Shown: positions 1 to 8,922 of the stretch, one piece after another
Layout: every line of letters starts with the position of its first letter
Numbering within the stretch: the first letter of the stretch is position 1
NCBI RefSeq assembly: GCF_001055095.1
Contig: NZ_JVHG01000006.1
Span: 1 to 32,000, forward strand
Direction: 5' to 3'
DNA length: 32,000 nt
Origin: Haemophilus parainfluenzae
GTDB lineage: Bacteria; Pseudomonadota; Gammaproteobacteria; Enterobacterales; Pasteurellaceae
Made by a program: the position numbers and the translations under genes
The notes under the pieces: generated by a model
Seen by the model: the letters and a program-made list of their open reading frames with translations, nothing else
What the model was told of the DNA's origin: nothing
Database searches by the model: none

Positions 1-56
1 AGAACGGTGGACTGTTAATCCATATGTCGCAGGTTCGAGTCCCGCAGGAGGAGCCA
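1..56 (+). tRNA. tRNA-Asn (anticodon GTT), 3' portion only; the 5' end lies left of the window
   Basis: Reads GAAC-G-GTGGA-CTGTTAA-TCCAT-ATGTC-GCAGG-TTCGAGT-CCCGC-AGGAGGA-G-CCA. This gives an anticodon stem-loop with GTT at loop positions 3-5, a 5-nt variable loop, a canonical TTCGAGT T-loop, and an encoded CCA ending at 56. The layout matches E. coli tRNA-Asn as I remember it. The T-stem carries one A:C mismatch. Confidence 0.85.
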
Positions 57-125
57 AATTTCTCTTTTGGTTTAGCTTTCGTTTGTCTCCTTTTACGAAT
101 CCTAAATTTGTAGCCAAAAGAATTT

Positions 126-155
126 AAGCCCATCGTGTTGATGGGCTTTATTTTT
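126..155 (+). terminator. Rho-independent terminator downstream of the tRNA
   Basis: Hairpin aagcccatc-gtgtt-gatgggctt (126-148) followed by a T-rich run (tatttttat). Confidence 0.6.
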
Positions 156-188
156 ATCTAATCAATGCTTATTTGATGAATTATCAGG

Positions 189-962
189 CTAATTTAATGA
201 TGAACGATCATCCATTAAGTTATCGCATTCCCAGCCAATATAGTCGCCTGAAAACTCCATAGCGAGTTTTTCAAAGCGCTCTACCCACTCGAAGATCTCA
301 TTACTGTCTAATGAAAGCTCTTGCTCCAATTTCACCATGAAATAAGGCTGTTCATCTTCTTCCGTCTGGATGGCTTGGCTTGAATATTTCAACGTACTAA
401 AAGACACTTTCCCAAGTGTTAGTTCATCCATAAAGGGAAACATTTTTTCTTCTTCATCAAAATGGAAAGTATGCTCAATCAAATAAGTATCACTTAAATT
501 ACGCCCTTTGCTATTCAGCATACTCAAAATCTCTTCCGTCGCATTTAATTTCATTTCCAATGGAGAAGCCAATAAGAAATCGAAATAGGTATCCCAATTG
601 GGATCATCCTGCACATTGATTTCTGAGACAAAATCAAGCTGTTGAAGCGTTTCTTTAAGCAACGCATCGTGTTCACAATAAAAATGCATTTTTGCCTGAT
701 GGTTGCAAATAAAGTGCCCTGCAAAGAAAACATTCGGAAGTGCGGTCAATTGTGCAAGGATTTTAAAAAGACGGTTAATCAATTTTTCATATTCGCCTTC
801 ATTTGGTAAACCGTCCTCATCTCCCTGATAAGGCACGGTAAATTGCACAACCTTACTGAGATGTTTACCATGATAAACATCTAAATCTTCAATATTTGCG
901 GTAAACACGGCAGGCATACCATTCACTTGTGAACGGTAATTCTGCCAATTTGCCATATCCAT
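189..962 (-). CDS. Uncharacterised two-domain protein: DUF695-like N-terminus and RraB-like (regulator of RNase E activity B family) C-terminus
   Basis: 257-aa ORF. AGGAAA Shine-Dalgarno about 8 nt upstream of the ATG at 962. The start lies 9 bp after the xthA stop, which suggests an operon. The C-terminal half ([14 protein letters not shown] ... [14 protein letters not shown]) resembles E. coli RraB (YTIEHHLSADD ... FDVEYDGWGT) from memory. Confidence 0.75.
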   Translation of the reverse strand: MDMANWQNYRSQVNGMPAVFTANIEDLDVYHGKHLSKVVQFTVPYQGDEDGLPNEGEYEKLINRLFKILAQLTALPNVFFAGHFICNHQAKMHFYCEHDALLKETLQQLDFVSEINVQDDPNWDTYFDFLLASPLEMKLNATEEILSMLNSKGRNLSDTYLIEHTFHFDEEEKMFPFMDELTLGKVSFSTLKYSSQAIQTEEDEQPYFMVKLEQELSLDSNEIFEWVERFEKLAMEFSGDYIGWECDNLMDDRSSLN

Positions 963-971
963 GCTGCTTTC

Positions 972-1775
972 CTATTTAAACTCTGCCCAGATTGGTGCGT
1001 GATCGGACGGTTTTTCCATCGCACGAATATCCAATGCAATGCCAACGTCCACGCAACGCTCTGCTAATTGATGATTCACTAAAATATGATCGATACGTAA
1101 TCCACGGTTATCATCGAAACCTTTTGAGCGATAATCAAACCACGAGAACTTGTCATTGACTGTTGGATTTAATTTGCGGAACGTATCTTCCAATCCATAA
1201 TCGTATAAGCGTTGATACCATTCACGCTCTTCGGGTAAGAATGAACATTTACCAGTACGCAACCAACGTTTGCGGTTTTCATCGCCGATACCAATATCCA
1301 AATCGCTTGGACTGATATTCATATCGCCCATAATTAAAACCGGATTGGCTTTATCATGATCTTGTTCTAAATAACGTTGAAGATCCGCATAAAATTTTTC
1401 TTTTGCCGGGAACTTGGTTTCATGTGCACGGCTTTCGCCTTGTGGAAAATAGCCATTAATTACCGTTAACAAACCAAATGGGGTTTCTAAATCTGCCATA
1501 ATAATGCGTTTTTGCGCATCTTCATTATCTGTTGGAAAACCACGACGTACCGCTTTGGGTTCTTGTTTAGTTAATAAGGCTACACCATAGTGGCCTTTTT
1601 GCCCGTGATGAAAAACGTGATAACCCAGATTTTCAGTAATCGCATAAGGAAAATCCTCATCCGCTACTTTGATTTCTTGTAAACCAATCACATCCGGTTG
1701 GTATTTTTCAATAATTGCTTCAAGTTGATGAGGACGGGCACGTAAACCATTAATATTAAAAGAGATAAATTTCAT
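972..1775 (-). CDS. xthA: Exodeoxyribonuclease III
   Basis: 267 aa. N-terminus [27 protein letters not shown] and C-terminal [11 protein letters not shown] are typical of the ExoIII/AP endonuclease family. Length matches E. coli XthA (268 aa). Confidence 0.95.
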   Translation of the reverse strand: MKFISFNINGLRARPHQLEAIIEKYQPDVIGLQEIKVADEDFPYAITENLGYHVFHHGQKGHYGVALLTKQEPKAVRRGFPTDNEDAQKRIIMADLETPFGLLTVINGYFPQGESRAHETKFPAKEKFYADLQRYLEQDHDKANPVLIMGDMNISPSDLDIGIGDENRKRWLRTGKCSFLPEEREWYQRLYDYGLEDTFRKLNPTVNDKFSWFDYRSKGFDDNRGLRIDHILVNHQLAERCVDVGIALDIRAMEKPSDHAPIWAEFK

Positions 1776-1829
1776 TTTTGTTCCTAATGTGAAAAATTGG
1801 GTCTATTATACAAAATAATTGAAATCTTA

Positions 1830-1838
1830 ACCGCACTT
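1830..1838 (-). repeat. Uptake signal sequence (USS) core, single intergenic copy
   Basis: Exact ACCGCACTT followed by T-rich flank in the xthA/antiporter divergent spacer. Confidence 0.9.
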
Positions 1839-2007
1839 TTCCTCTGTAATGGGAGAAGTTACGCCTATTAATGTGATTACGCTTCAGTTGCAATCAAATG
1901 AATTTTACCCTTCGTTCTCATTAAAATTTTTCCTAAAAACGCACTTTATAAATAAAACTAACTTGCTTATACTGGCGGCGCTTTTATTACTTTACTCGGA
2001 TCATTTT

Positions 2008-3318
2008 ATGAATATTTATACTTACTTGTGTTTTCTCACCACAATAGCCATTCTTATCAGTTTTATCACACGTAAACTGAACGATAATATCCAATATACT
2101 ATTGCCATCACAGCCACCTCCATGGCGGGCTCGCTTTTCCTAGTGTTATTGGGATATTTCGGCTGGTTTAATTTGGATGACATTGCAACACGCGTCATCG
2201 AACGCATTGATTTTAAAGATTTCTTATTGAACGGGATTTTAGGCTTTTTGCTCTTTGCCGGCGCCTTGGGCATTAAGCTTCCAGTCTTAAACAATCAAAA
2301 ATGGGAAATTACCATTTTTGCTCTATTCTCTACGCTTGCCTCCACCTTTTTCATTGGTTTTCTACTTTATGGTGTTGCCTTACTTTTCGGCTGGCATATT
2401 GATTTAATTTACTGCATCTTATTTGGTGCACTCATCTCGCCTGATGACCCGATTGCCGTACTTGCCATTATCAAAAACTTAAAAGCACCAAAACGCTTAT
2501 CTATGCAAGTGGAAGGCGAATCACTTTTTAATGATGGGATTGGCTTGGTAATTTTTACCACGGTTTTTGCTGTCGCATTTGGCGGTCATGAACCGACAGC
2601 AAGCGGCATTCTCCATTTATTTTTTAAAGAAGCTTTAGGCGGGATTGCATTTGGATTGGTTTTAGGTCTCTTCGCCCATTATCTGATTTCAGCTACCGAT
2701 GATGGTTCGTTAGAAATTCTTTTGACCTTAATCGTACCCACTGCGGGCTTTATGCTTGCTAATCTCTTACATGTATCAGGTGCATTAGCGATGGTTGTCG
2801 CGGGGATTTTAATTGGTAACTGGACAAGATACACAGGCTTTTCTCAACAAAGCCAACGCTATTTAGATCACTTTTGGGAAATGATCGATCACTTCCTTAA
2901 CTCCTTACTCTTTATCTTGATCGGTTTAGCGATTTTATTGATTCATGTGTCTTGGCAAGGGTTAATCTTAATTTTCCTTGCTATTCCGGTTTGCTTAATC
3001 TGTCGATATGCAAGTGTCTGGTTACCATTCCAAGTCATGAAACGTTATCGTAAATACAATCCTTACACCATGAAAGTACTTACTTGGGGCGCATTACGAG
3101 GGGGATTAGCGCTCGCTATGGCGCTTTCTATTCCAAGTGGTCAATTTTATATTGAAGGATTAGAAATGGATGTTCGCGATCTTATTTTAGGTATGACGTA
3201 TGCGGTAGTGGCATTCTCCATTCTCGTACAAGGTATGACAATTGAGACCTTAATTCGTAAATCAAAAGAAGCCACCATGCGTGAACGTGGCTATACGGGT
3301 ATCGGATTAGCGAAATAA
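2008..3318 (+). CDS. CPA1-family (NhaP-type) Na+/H+ (cation:proton) antiporter
   Basis: Polytopic membrane protein with the CPA1 motifs ISPDDPIAV and GESLFNDG. The ORF track starts at 1849. I prefer the ATG at 2008 (MNIYTYLCFLTT...), where the first hydrophobic helix begins. The upstream 53 codons are low-complexity and AT-rich and include a USS. The start is uncertain. Confidence 0.85.
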   Translation: MNIYTYLCFLTTIAILISFITRKLNDNIQYTIAITATSMAGSLFLVLLGYFGWFNLDDIATRVIERIDFKDFLLNGILGFLLFAGALGIKLPVLNNQKWEITIFALFSTLASTFFIGFLLYGVALLFGWHIDLIYCILFGALISPDDPIAVLAIIKNLKAPKRLSMQVEGESLFNDGIGLVIFTTVFAVAFGGHEPTASGILHLFFKEALGGIAFGLVLGLFAHYLISATDDGSLEILLTLIVPTAGFMLANLLHVSGALAMVVAGILIGNWTRYTGFSQQSQRYLDHFWEMIDHFLNSLLFILIGLAILLIHVSWQGLILIFLAIPVCLICRYASVWLPFQVMKRYRKYNPYTMKVLTWGALRGGLALAMALSIPSGQFYIEGLEMDVRDLILGMTYAVVAFSILVQGMTIETLIRKSKEATMRERGYTGIGLAK

Positions 3319-3328
3319 ACGTTATTGA

Positions 3329-4006
3329 TTATTTCTTTGGCTCAGCATTTGCTGAGCCAAATTTTTGAATCTGAGATTGAACGTTCTCACGATGCCACCA
3401 CTCTCCTTCTTTCGGAGGGGTAAACACATCAAATGCTTGACCTTTAAATTCAAATTGCAATCTTGCAGCATGTAAATAAGTGCGGTCAATTTTTTCAGTG
3501 TTTTTACCATAAAGCGCATCGCCTAAAATCGGACTCCCTAAGCTTTTCATCGCCACACGCAATTGATGGGTTTTACCAGTTTGTGGCTTTAAGATAAATA
3601 ATCGTAAATTAGGCTCACAACTTACACTTTCAAAACGCGTAATTGCGGGATTTTCTTTCGATTGGCAAAGTTTCCAAGCCCCATTACGAGCCTTTTGCAT
3701 ATCGCCGACAATCAATCCTTGCTTCTTTTTGGGCTTTTGATTGCTGAGTGCAAGATAAGTCTTTTGGATATGATGTTCAGAAAAAAGTCGGAAAAATTCA
3801 GCCGCACTTTCAGCATTCAATGCAAAGATGAGTAAACCTGATGTCACTTTATCTAACCGATGCACAAGCCAGACTTGTGGCACGCCAAACTGCTCAGCAA
3901 GCAAAGTGGTTAAACCAATTTCACTTTGATCTTTATGCACACTTATCCCACAAGGCTTATAAATAATGATAAAATCATCGGTCTGATAAATAATGTCTAA
4001 TTTCAT
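3329..4006 (-). CDS. RluA-family RNA pseudouridine synthase
   Basis: Catalytic motif HRLDKVTSGLL. N-terminus (IIYQTDDFIIIYKPCGISVH) and KTHQLRVAM are typical of the RluA family. The ORF track start at 4018 is a TTG inside a USS. The ATG at 4006 (MKLDIIY...) is more plausible. Confidence 0.85.
   Translation of the reverse strand: MKLDIIYQTDDFIIIYKPCGISVHKDQSEIGLTTLLAEQFGVPQVWLVHRLDKVTSGLLIFALNAESAAEFFRLFSEHHIQKTYLALSNQKPKKKQGLIVGDMQKARNGAWKLCQSKENPAITRFESVSCEPNLRLFILKPQTGKTHQLRVAMKSLGSPILGDALYGKNTEKIDRTYLHAARLQFEFKGQAFDVFTPPKEGEWWHRENVQSQIQKFGSANAEPKK
3337..3367 (+). terminator. Rho-independent terminator of the antiporter gene, embedded in the last codons of the convergent gene
   Basis: ttggctcagc-attt-gctgagccaa (3337-3360) followed by ATTTTTG. 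Confidence 0.6.
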
Positions 4007-4015
4007 AAGTGCGGT
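4007..4015 (+). repeat. USS core filling the spacer between divergent start codons
   Basis: Exact AAGTGCGGT followed by CAAAAATTA. The whole 18-bp spacer 4007-4024 is USS plus its AT-rich flank. Confidence 0.9.
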
Positions 4016-4024
4016 CAAAAATTA

Positions 4025-5485
4025 ATGAGTTTTGAACATATTATACTGGTTTATATTATTCCCGTGTTAATTTGGGTAGCAGTTATTTCTGTCACCTTGC
4101 GTTTACTCGTCAAAAAACAAGCGGTTTCTGCTACGTTGTCATGGCTGATGATTATCTACCTTGTGCCACTGATTGGCGTCATTGCTTATTTAATTTTTGG
4201 TGAGATTAAACTCGGTACGCGCCGAGCCAAAGCCTTTCAGTTGTTAAAACCTAAATATACCCAATGGCTTCAGCAACTGTCAGAACAAAAAGATCTGGTT
4301 ACACATTCCCAGGATCCTCGTTATCGTGCTTTATTTAAACTAGTCCACCACCGCTTAGGTATTCCGAACATTCGAGGTAATGAATTACATATTCTCGACA
4401 CGCCAGAAAGCATCATTCGAAGTATCATTCGTGATATTCAACAAGCACATCATTCCATTAATATGGTGTTCTATATTTGGAGCAATGATGGCATGATTAA
4501 TGAAGTGAAACAAGCCTTAGAAGAAGCCGTGCAACGTGGAGTTAAAGTTTGTCTTTTACTCGATTCCGTTGGCAGTAATGCTTTTTTGAAAAGCCCTGTT
4601 TGTAAAGAAATGCGAGCAAAAGGCATTGAAATTACCGAAGCGCTACATGTAAATTTATTCCGGATGTTCTTCAGCCGAATTGATTTACGTCAACATCGTA
4701 AAATCATCATCATTGATAATCAAATTGCCTATACAGGCAGTATGAATATGGTAGACCCAAATTTCTTCAAACAAGACAGCAACGTAGGCAATTGGATAGA
4801 CGTGATGGTACGAATCAACGGTCCTGTTTCACCGATTTTAAACAGCTTACATGCTTGGGATTGGGAAATTGAAACCATGGAAGAATTACCTCTTTTATTG
4901 CCAAATTGTCCACTTGTGGAAATTGACGATAACGACACCCATTCTGTGCAAGTTATTGCGAGTGGTCCCGCATTCCCAGATGATTTAATAGCTCAATCTC
5001 TTGCAACAGTCATTTATGCTGCAAGAGAAAGTATTGTGATCACTTCACCTTACTTTGTGCCAAGTCACAATATTGCTGAAGCATTACGCATTGCCGCATT
5101 CCGAGGTGTTGATATCACGCTTATTTTACCTAAAAACAATGATTCCTTGATGGTTCGTTGGGCGAGCCGAACGTTCTTTGATGATTTACTTGAAGCAGGT
5201 GTAAAAATTTATCATTTTGAAGCAGGACTTCTACATACAAAAAGTGTGTTAATCGATAATAAGCTCGCACTCGTTGGTACAGTAAATATGGATTTACGCA
5301 GTTTCCTGCTTAACTTTGAAATCACCGTTGCCGTAGAAGATCGTAATTTTGCCAATGAAGTGGCCACACTTCATGAAAATTATTTAGCGAACTCTTCCGC
5401 TCTCGATATGCAAGAATGGATCAATCGTCCTTTCTATCATCGAATCATCGAGCGGTTATTTTTCTTGTTTAGTCCATTACTCTAA
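4025..5485 (+). CDS. clsA: Cardiolipin synthase A
   Basis: 486 aa. Two N-terminal TM helices and two HKD motifs (RQHRKIIIIDNQIAYTGSMN and LLHTKSVLIDNKLALVGTVN). It can be aligned end to end with E. coli ClsA as I remember it, including the C-terminal FFLFSPLL. Confidence 0.95.
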   Translation: MSFEHIILVYIIPVLIWVAVISVTLRLLVKKQAVSATLSWLMIIYLVPLIGVIAYLIFGEIKLGTRRAKAFQLLKPKYTQWLQQLSEQKDLVTHSQDPRYRALFKLVHHRLGIPNIRGNELHILDTPESIIRSIIRDIQQAHHSINMVFYIWSNDGMINEVKQALEEAVQRGVKVCLLLDSVGSNAFLKSPVCKEMRAKGIEITEALHVNLFRMFFSRIDLRQHRKIIIIDNQIAYTGSMNMVDPNFFKQDSNVGNWIDVMVRINGPVSPILNSLHAWDWEIETMEELPLLLPNCPLVEIDDNDTHSVQVIASGPAFPDDLIAQSLATVIYAARESIVITSPYFVPSHNIAEALRIAAFRGVDITLILPKNNDSLMVRWASRTFFDDLLEAGVKIYHFEAGLLHTKSVLIDNKLALVGTVNMDLRSFLLNFEITVAVEDRNFANEVATLHENYLANSSALDMQEWINRPFYHRIIERLFFLFSPLL

Positions 5486-5506
5486 TTTTCACAATAAATA
5501 CAAAAA

Positions 5507-5539
5507 GGGCGTACCACACGGTACGCCCTTTCTTTTTTT
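5507..5539. terminator. Bidirectional terminator between convergent cls and the NhaC-family gene
   Basis: gggcgtacc-acac-ggtacgccc flanked by AAAAA on the left and TTTCTTTTTTT on the right. Confidence 0.8.
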
Positions 5540-5550
5540 CACGTTTATGC

Positions 5551-7071
5551 TTAACGTTTTTTCACGATAAACACTAAAGCTACTAAAACAACTGCTGTTG
5601 TCACAAATCCAGCTAAACCTGATTCTGTAAAGCCTACTACAATGTAGCCCACAGCACTTGCTGTTGCAACAGTTGCTGCATAAGGTAATTGTGTGGTGAC
5701 GTGATCCATGTGGTTACATTTTGCCCCAGTTGACGACAGAATCGTTGTATCCGAAACCGGTGAACAGTGATCGCCGCATACCGCGCCTGCCATAACTGCA
5801 GACAAACAAGGAAGTAATAATTCTGGTGCTGAGTTAGTCGCCATTGCCGCAGCGATTGGTAACATAATACCAAATGTCCCCCAGCTTGTCCCTGTTGAGA
5901 ATGCCATTGCTGAACCAAGGATAAATAAAATCACTGGTAAAAATTGAACTGGAATGCTGCCACTCACTAAAGAAGATAAGTATTTACCGGTTTGTGCATC
6001 ACCCACCACTTTATTGATTGTCCACGCAAAGAACAGGATTGCAATTGCACCTAACATAGATTTAATACCGGCAATCCATGCTTTTCCATATTCTTGTAAA
6101 GAAACTTGGCGCTCAAGAATAATCAATAATGTTGACATAGCAACCGCACTTGAACCACCAACAACAAGCGAAATACCTACTGTTGTATTTTCAAATGCAC
6201 CTAAGAGGCTAAATGGTTTTCCATCCGCCGCTAAGGCCTCACTACCCGTATGAATCATCATGAAAACAGTGACGGTAATTAAGACTAAAATCGGTAAAAT
6301 TAAGTTGCGAACTTTACCTTTCACACCTTCAATGACTTCTTCTTTATAATCGCGCTCCATCGCTAATTTTTCATGACGTGCCATTGATGCAATATCAAAT
6401 GAGAAATAGGCCACAAAGAATACCATTAATAATGAGAAGATCGCATAGTAGTTCATTGAACTCATAGCAACGAATGCGCCCATTGGGGTATAAGAGGTAA
6501 TAGAATACGTCGCCAATAAACCTGCTACAAGAGTAATAATGTATGCCCCCCAGCTTGATACTGGCATCATGACACACATTGGTGCAGCAGTAGAATCAAG
6601 AATGTACGCTAATTTTGCACGAGAAACTTTGAAACGATCAGTAACTGGACGTGCAATCGCACCGACAGCAAGACTGTGGAAGTAATCATCGATAAATGTC
6701 ACAAACACTAAAGATGCCGCTAATAATTTCGCACCGCGACGACCTTTAATTTTATTTTGTGCCCATTCAGCAAACGCACGGTTGCTGCCTGACACAGTTA
6801 AAAGTGCGGTCAATACGCCAAGTAAAACTAAGAAAAACACGATATTCATATTTGAATTCATGCCTTCTTCGCTACTATAAACTAATGCCACAACATTATC
6901 TTTTAAATAAATAAGTGCATTCAATGGATTGAAATCAACCAACATTAACGCACCGACAATAATCCCAGCACTGAGGGACACCAAAACCCGACGAGTTGCA
7001 ATTGCTAAAATAATCGCAAGTAATGCGGGTATAATTGAATAAATAGATGAAGAATAATCGACTAGTTCCAT
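5551..7071 (-). CDS. NhaC-family membrane transporter, lysine-riboswitch controlled (candidate lysine transporter, LysW-like)
   Basis: 506 aa and highly hydrophobic throughout. Overall resemblance to the NhaC Na+/H+ antiporter family. Directly preceded on its own strand by a lysine riboswitch. Confidence 0.88.
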   Translation of the reverse strand: MELVDYSSSIYSIIPALLAIILAIATRRVLVSLSAGIIVGALMLVDFNPLNALIYLKDNVVALVYSSEEGMNSNMNIVFFLVLLGVLTALLTVSGSNRAFAEWAQNKIKGRRGAKLLAASLVFVTFIDDYFHSLAVGAIARPVTDRFKVSRAKLAYILDSTAAPMCVMMPVSSWGAYIITLVAGLLATYSITSYTPMGAFVAMSSMNYYAIFSLLMVFFVAYFSFDIASMARHEKLAMERDYKEEVIEGVKGKVRNLILPILVLITVTVFMMIHTGSEALAADGKPFSLLGAFENTTVGISLVVGGSSAVAMSTLLIILERQVSLQEYGKAWIAGIKSMLGAIAILFFAWTINKVVGDAQTGKYLSSLVSGSIPVQFLPVILFILGSAMAFSTGTSWGTFGIMLPIAAAMATNSAPELLLPCLSAVMAGAVCGDHCSPVSDTTILSSTGAKCNHMDHVTTQLPYAATVATASAVGYIVVGFTESGLAGFVTTAVVLVALVFIVKKR

Positions 7072-7137
7072 TAAGTTATACCTAATAATTTAATGGAGAC
7101 AACGGCAAGAAAAGACACAATTATGACCAGACCGAAC

Positions 7138-7305
7138 CGTAGCGCTCCATAGTTAATACACAAAAACTATGACAGTCACGTTCCTTTCGAAGACGTGACC
7201 AACCGAATAAGATGACGCCTATTCGATTTCGGCAATCATTCCTTTCCTTTCCCTTCAACGCTATCCACTCCAGGAAAATACTTATAATGACCGCACCTCT
7301 ACTGT
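7138..7305 (-). promoter_or_regulatory. Lysine riboswitch (L-box / LYS element) in the 5' leader of the NhaC-family gene
   Basis: The minus-strand transcript contains the conserved blocks in the canonical order: AGAGGUGCGG (7300-7291), AAGUAU, CUGGAGUGG, GAAGGG, GCCGAAAUCG, UUGG, ACUGUCAUAG, AUGGAGCGCU (7150-7141). Confidence 0.85.
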
Positions 7306-7323
7306 TGTATAGGATGGTGAGAG

Positions 7324-7351
7324 ATTACATTAAAATGAATAAAATTACCAA
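7324..7351 (-). promoter_or_regulatory. Candidate sigma70 promoter for the riboswitch leader
   Basis: Minus strand TTGGTA (7351-7346), 16-nt spacer, TGTAAT (7329-7324). This would start transcription about 15 nt before AGAGG. Pattern match only. Confidence 0.3.
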
Positions 7352-7610
7352 TAAAATCTTGCACTTTCAGTGAAATCTATTCTTTTATTAAAAATGACGT
7401 ATTAAGTTGTTAATTCATTGTTACACAATTTTATGAGTGAACGATTGCAATAGTATAGAAAACAGGTCACTCCATAATATGGAGTATGATGAGATCAGAC
7501 CAATTAATTCTTTAATTTAGACGAATTAATATTTACCAAATATATTATTTTCGTTATTATTGTCTTCCTTAAAATAATTAAGCATTCACACACATAAAAA
7601 AGAGGACATC

Positions 7611-8015
7611 ATGAACGAATTAACAAAAGGTTTAACTAACCTTCGTAGTTTACGCGCCGCTGTACGCGATTTAACATTAGAACAAGCTGAAAGTTCACTT
7701 TTAAAATTACAAGCTGCTGTTGAAGAAAAACGTGCTCAAGCAGCTGAAATTGAACAAGCTGAACAAGAGCGTCGTGCGCGTATCGCAAAATATAAAGAAT
7801 TAATTAAACAAGAAGGCATCACTGCGGAAGAATTAACCGCTATTATTGGTATTGCGCCTTCTTCAATTCGTAAAAAACGTGAACCTCGCCCAGCAAAATA
7901 CAAATATACTGATGAAACTGGTCAAGAAAGAACATGGACTGGTCAAGGCCGTACACCTCGTGTGATTCAAAAAGCCTTAGATAAAGGTGCCTCTTTAGCT
8001 TCTTTTGAAATCTAA
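7611..8015 (+). CDS. hns: H-NS family nucleoid-associated DNA-binding protein
   Basis: 134 aa. Coiled-coil N-terminal half and C-terminal DNA-binding motif TWTGQGRTPRVI. AAGAGGA Shine-Dalgarno at 7599-7605. Very AT-rich upstream region. Confidence 0.9.
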   Translation: MNELTKGLTNLRSLRAAVRDLTLEQAESSLLKLQAAVEEKRAQAAEIEQAEQERRARIAKYKELIKQEGITAEELTAIIGIAPSSIRKKREPRPAKYKYTDETGQERTWTGQGRTPRVIQKALDKGASLASFEI

Positions 8016-8032
8016 TTTCACATTAACAATGT

Positions 8033-8062
8033 AGAACCCATTTTTATGGGTTCTCTTTTTTT
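8033..8062 (+). terminator. Rho-independent terminator after hns
   Basis: agaaccca-ttttta-tgggttct followed by CTTTTTTT. Confidence 0.8.
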
Positions 8063-8085
8063 ATTTATCTTGCAAAATATTCATT

Positions 8086-8922
8086 ATGTTAGAAAAGAAA
8101 ATATTACTGACTGACTGCCCTGATGATAAAGGCTTAATCGCCAAAATCACCAATATTTGTTACAAACATCAATTAAATATTCTTCACAATAATGAGTTCG
8201 TTGATTTCGAAACAAAGCATTTCTTTATGCGTACCGAATTGGAAGGTATTTTCAACGAAGAAACTTTGTTAGCTGACTTAAATTATAGCTTGCCAGCTGG
8301 GACAAATTGCCGCCTAATCAGTGCTAAACGTAAACGTATCGTGATTTTAGTCACCAAAGAAGCGCACTGCTTAGGTGATATTTTAATGAAAAATTACTAC
8401 GGTGCATTAGATGTAGAAATTGCGGCAGTAATTGGTAATCACGATAATTTACGCGAATTAGTTGAACGCTTTGATATTCCATTCCATTGTGTCAGCCATG
8501 AAGGCCTCACGCGTGTGGAACACGATAAATTACTTGCTGAAAAAATTGATGAATATGCGCCTGATTACATTGTATTAGCAAAATATATGCGTGTATTAAA
8601 TCCAGAATTCGTGGCGCGTTATCCAAATCGTGTGATTAATATTCACCACTCATTCTTACCCGCATTTATTGGTGCCAAACCCTATCAACAAGCTTATGAG
8701 CGCGGCGTAAAAATTATTGGTGCAACAGCCCACTTTATTAATAACGAATTGGATCAAGGTCCGATCATTATGCAAAATGTGATTAATGTGGATCACACCT
8801 ACTCTGCCGATGCCATGATGCGTGCAGGGCGTGATGTGGAAAAAACAGTATTAAGCCGTGCGCTTGATCTTGCCTTACATGATCGTATTTTTGTGTATAA
8901 AAACAAAACGGTGGTCTTGTAA
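8086..8922 (+). CDS. purU: Formyltetrahydrofolate deformylase
   Basis: 278 aa. N-terminal ACT-like region ([22 protein letters not shown]) and formyltransferase core ([33 protein letters not shown]). Closely matches E. coli PurU from memory. Confidence 0.95.
   Translation: MLEKKILLTDCPDDKGLIAKITNICYKHQLNILHNNEFVDFETKHFFMRTELEGIFNEETLLADLNYSLPAGTNCRLISAKRKRIVILVTKEAHCLGDILMKNYYGALDVEIAAVIGNHDNLRELVERFDIPFHCVSHEGLTRVEHDKLLAEKIDEYAPDYIVLAKYMRVLNPEFVARYPNRVINIHHSFLPAFIGAKPYQQAYERGVKIIGATAHFINNELDQGPIIMQNVINVDHTYSADAMMRAGRDVEKTVLSRALDLALHDRIFVYKNKTVVL

Noticed and set aside
57-188. tRNA-Asn 3' end as an integration site for a genomic island.
   Set aside because: There is no integrase and no direct repeat of the tRNA 3' end that I could find elsewhere in the window. 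The genes that follow (xthA and so on) are core housekeeping genes rich in native USS.
1849-2007. N-terminal extensions in the ORF track: antiporter 1849-2007, RluA-family 4007-4018, MFS pump 11480-11548, moeA 12346-12402, tldD 21397-21432, dolP 25129-25167.
   Set aside because: In each case an internal ATG has a better Shine-Dalgarno and/or coincides with the N-terminus of remembered homologues or the start of the signal peptide or first TM helix. The extensions run through promoter-like AT-rich DNA or a USS.
7291-7299. Near-USS (ACCGCACCT) inside the riboswitch.
   Set aside because: It is the complement of the universally conserved AGAGGUGCGG block of the L-box and has one mismatch to the USS. 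The resemblance is coincidental.
7335-7521. Tiny ORFs (12-13 codons) and a 7-bp-arm palindrome (actccat-aat-atggagt, 7469-7485) in the AT-rich hns upstream region. I considered small proteins or an sRNA.
   Set aside because: There are no Shine-Dalgarno sequences and no terminator-like ends that would define an sRNA. AT-rich curved DNA upstream of hns is expected, and short ORFs and palindromes arise there by chance.
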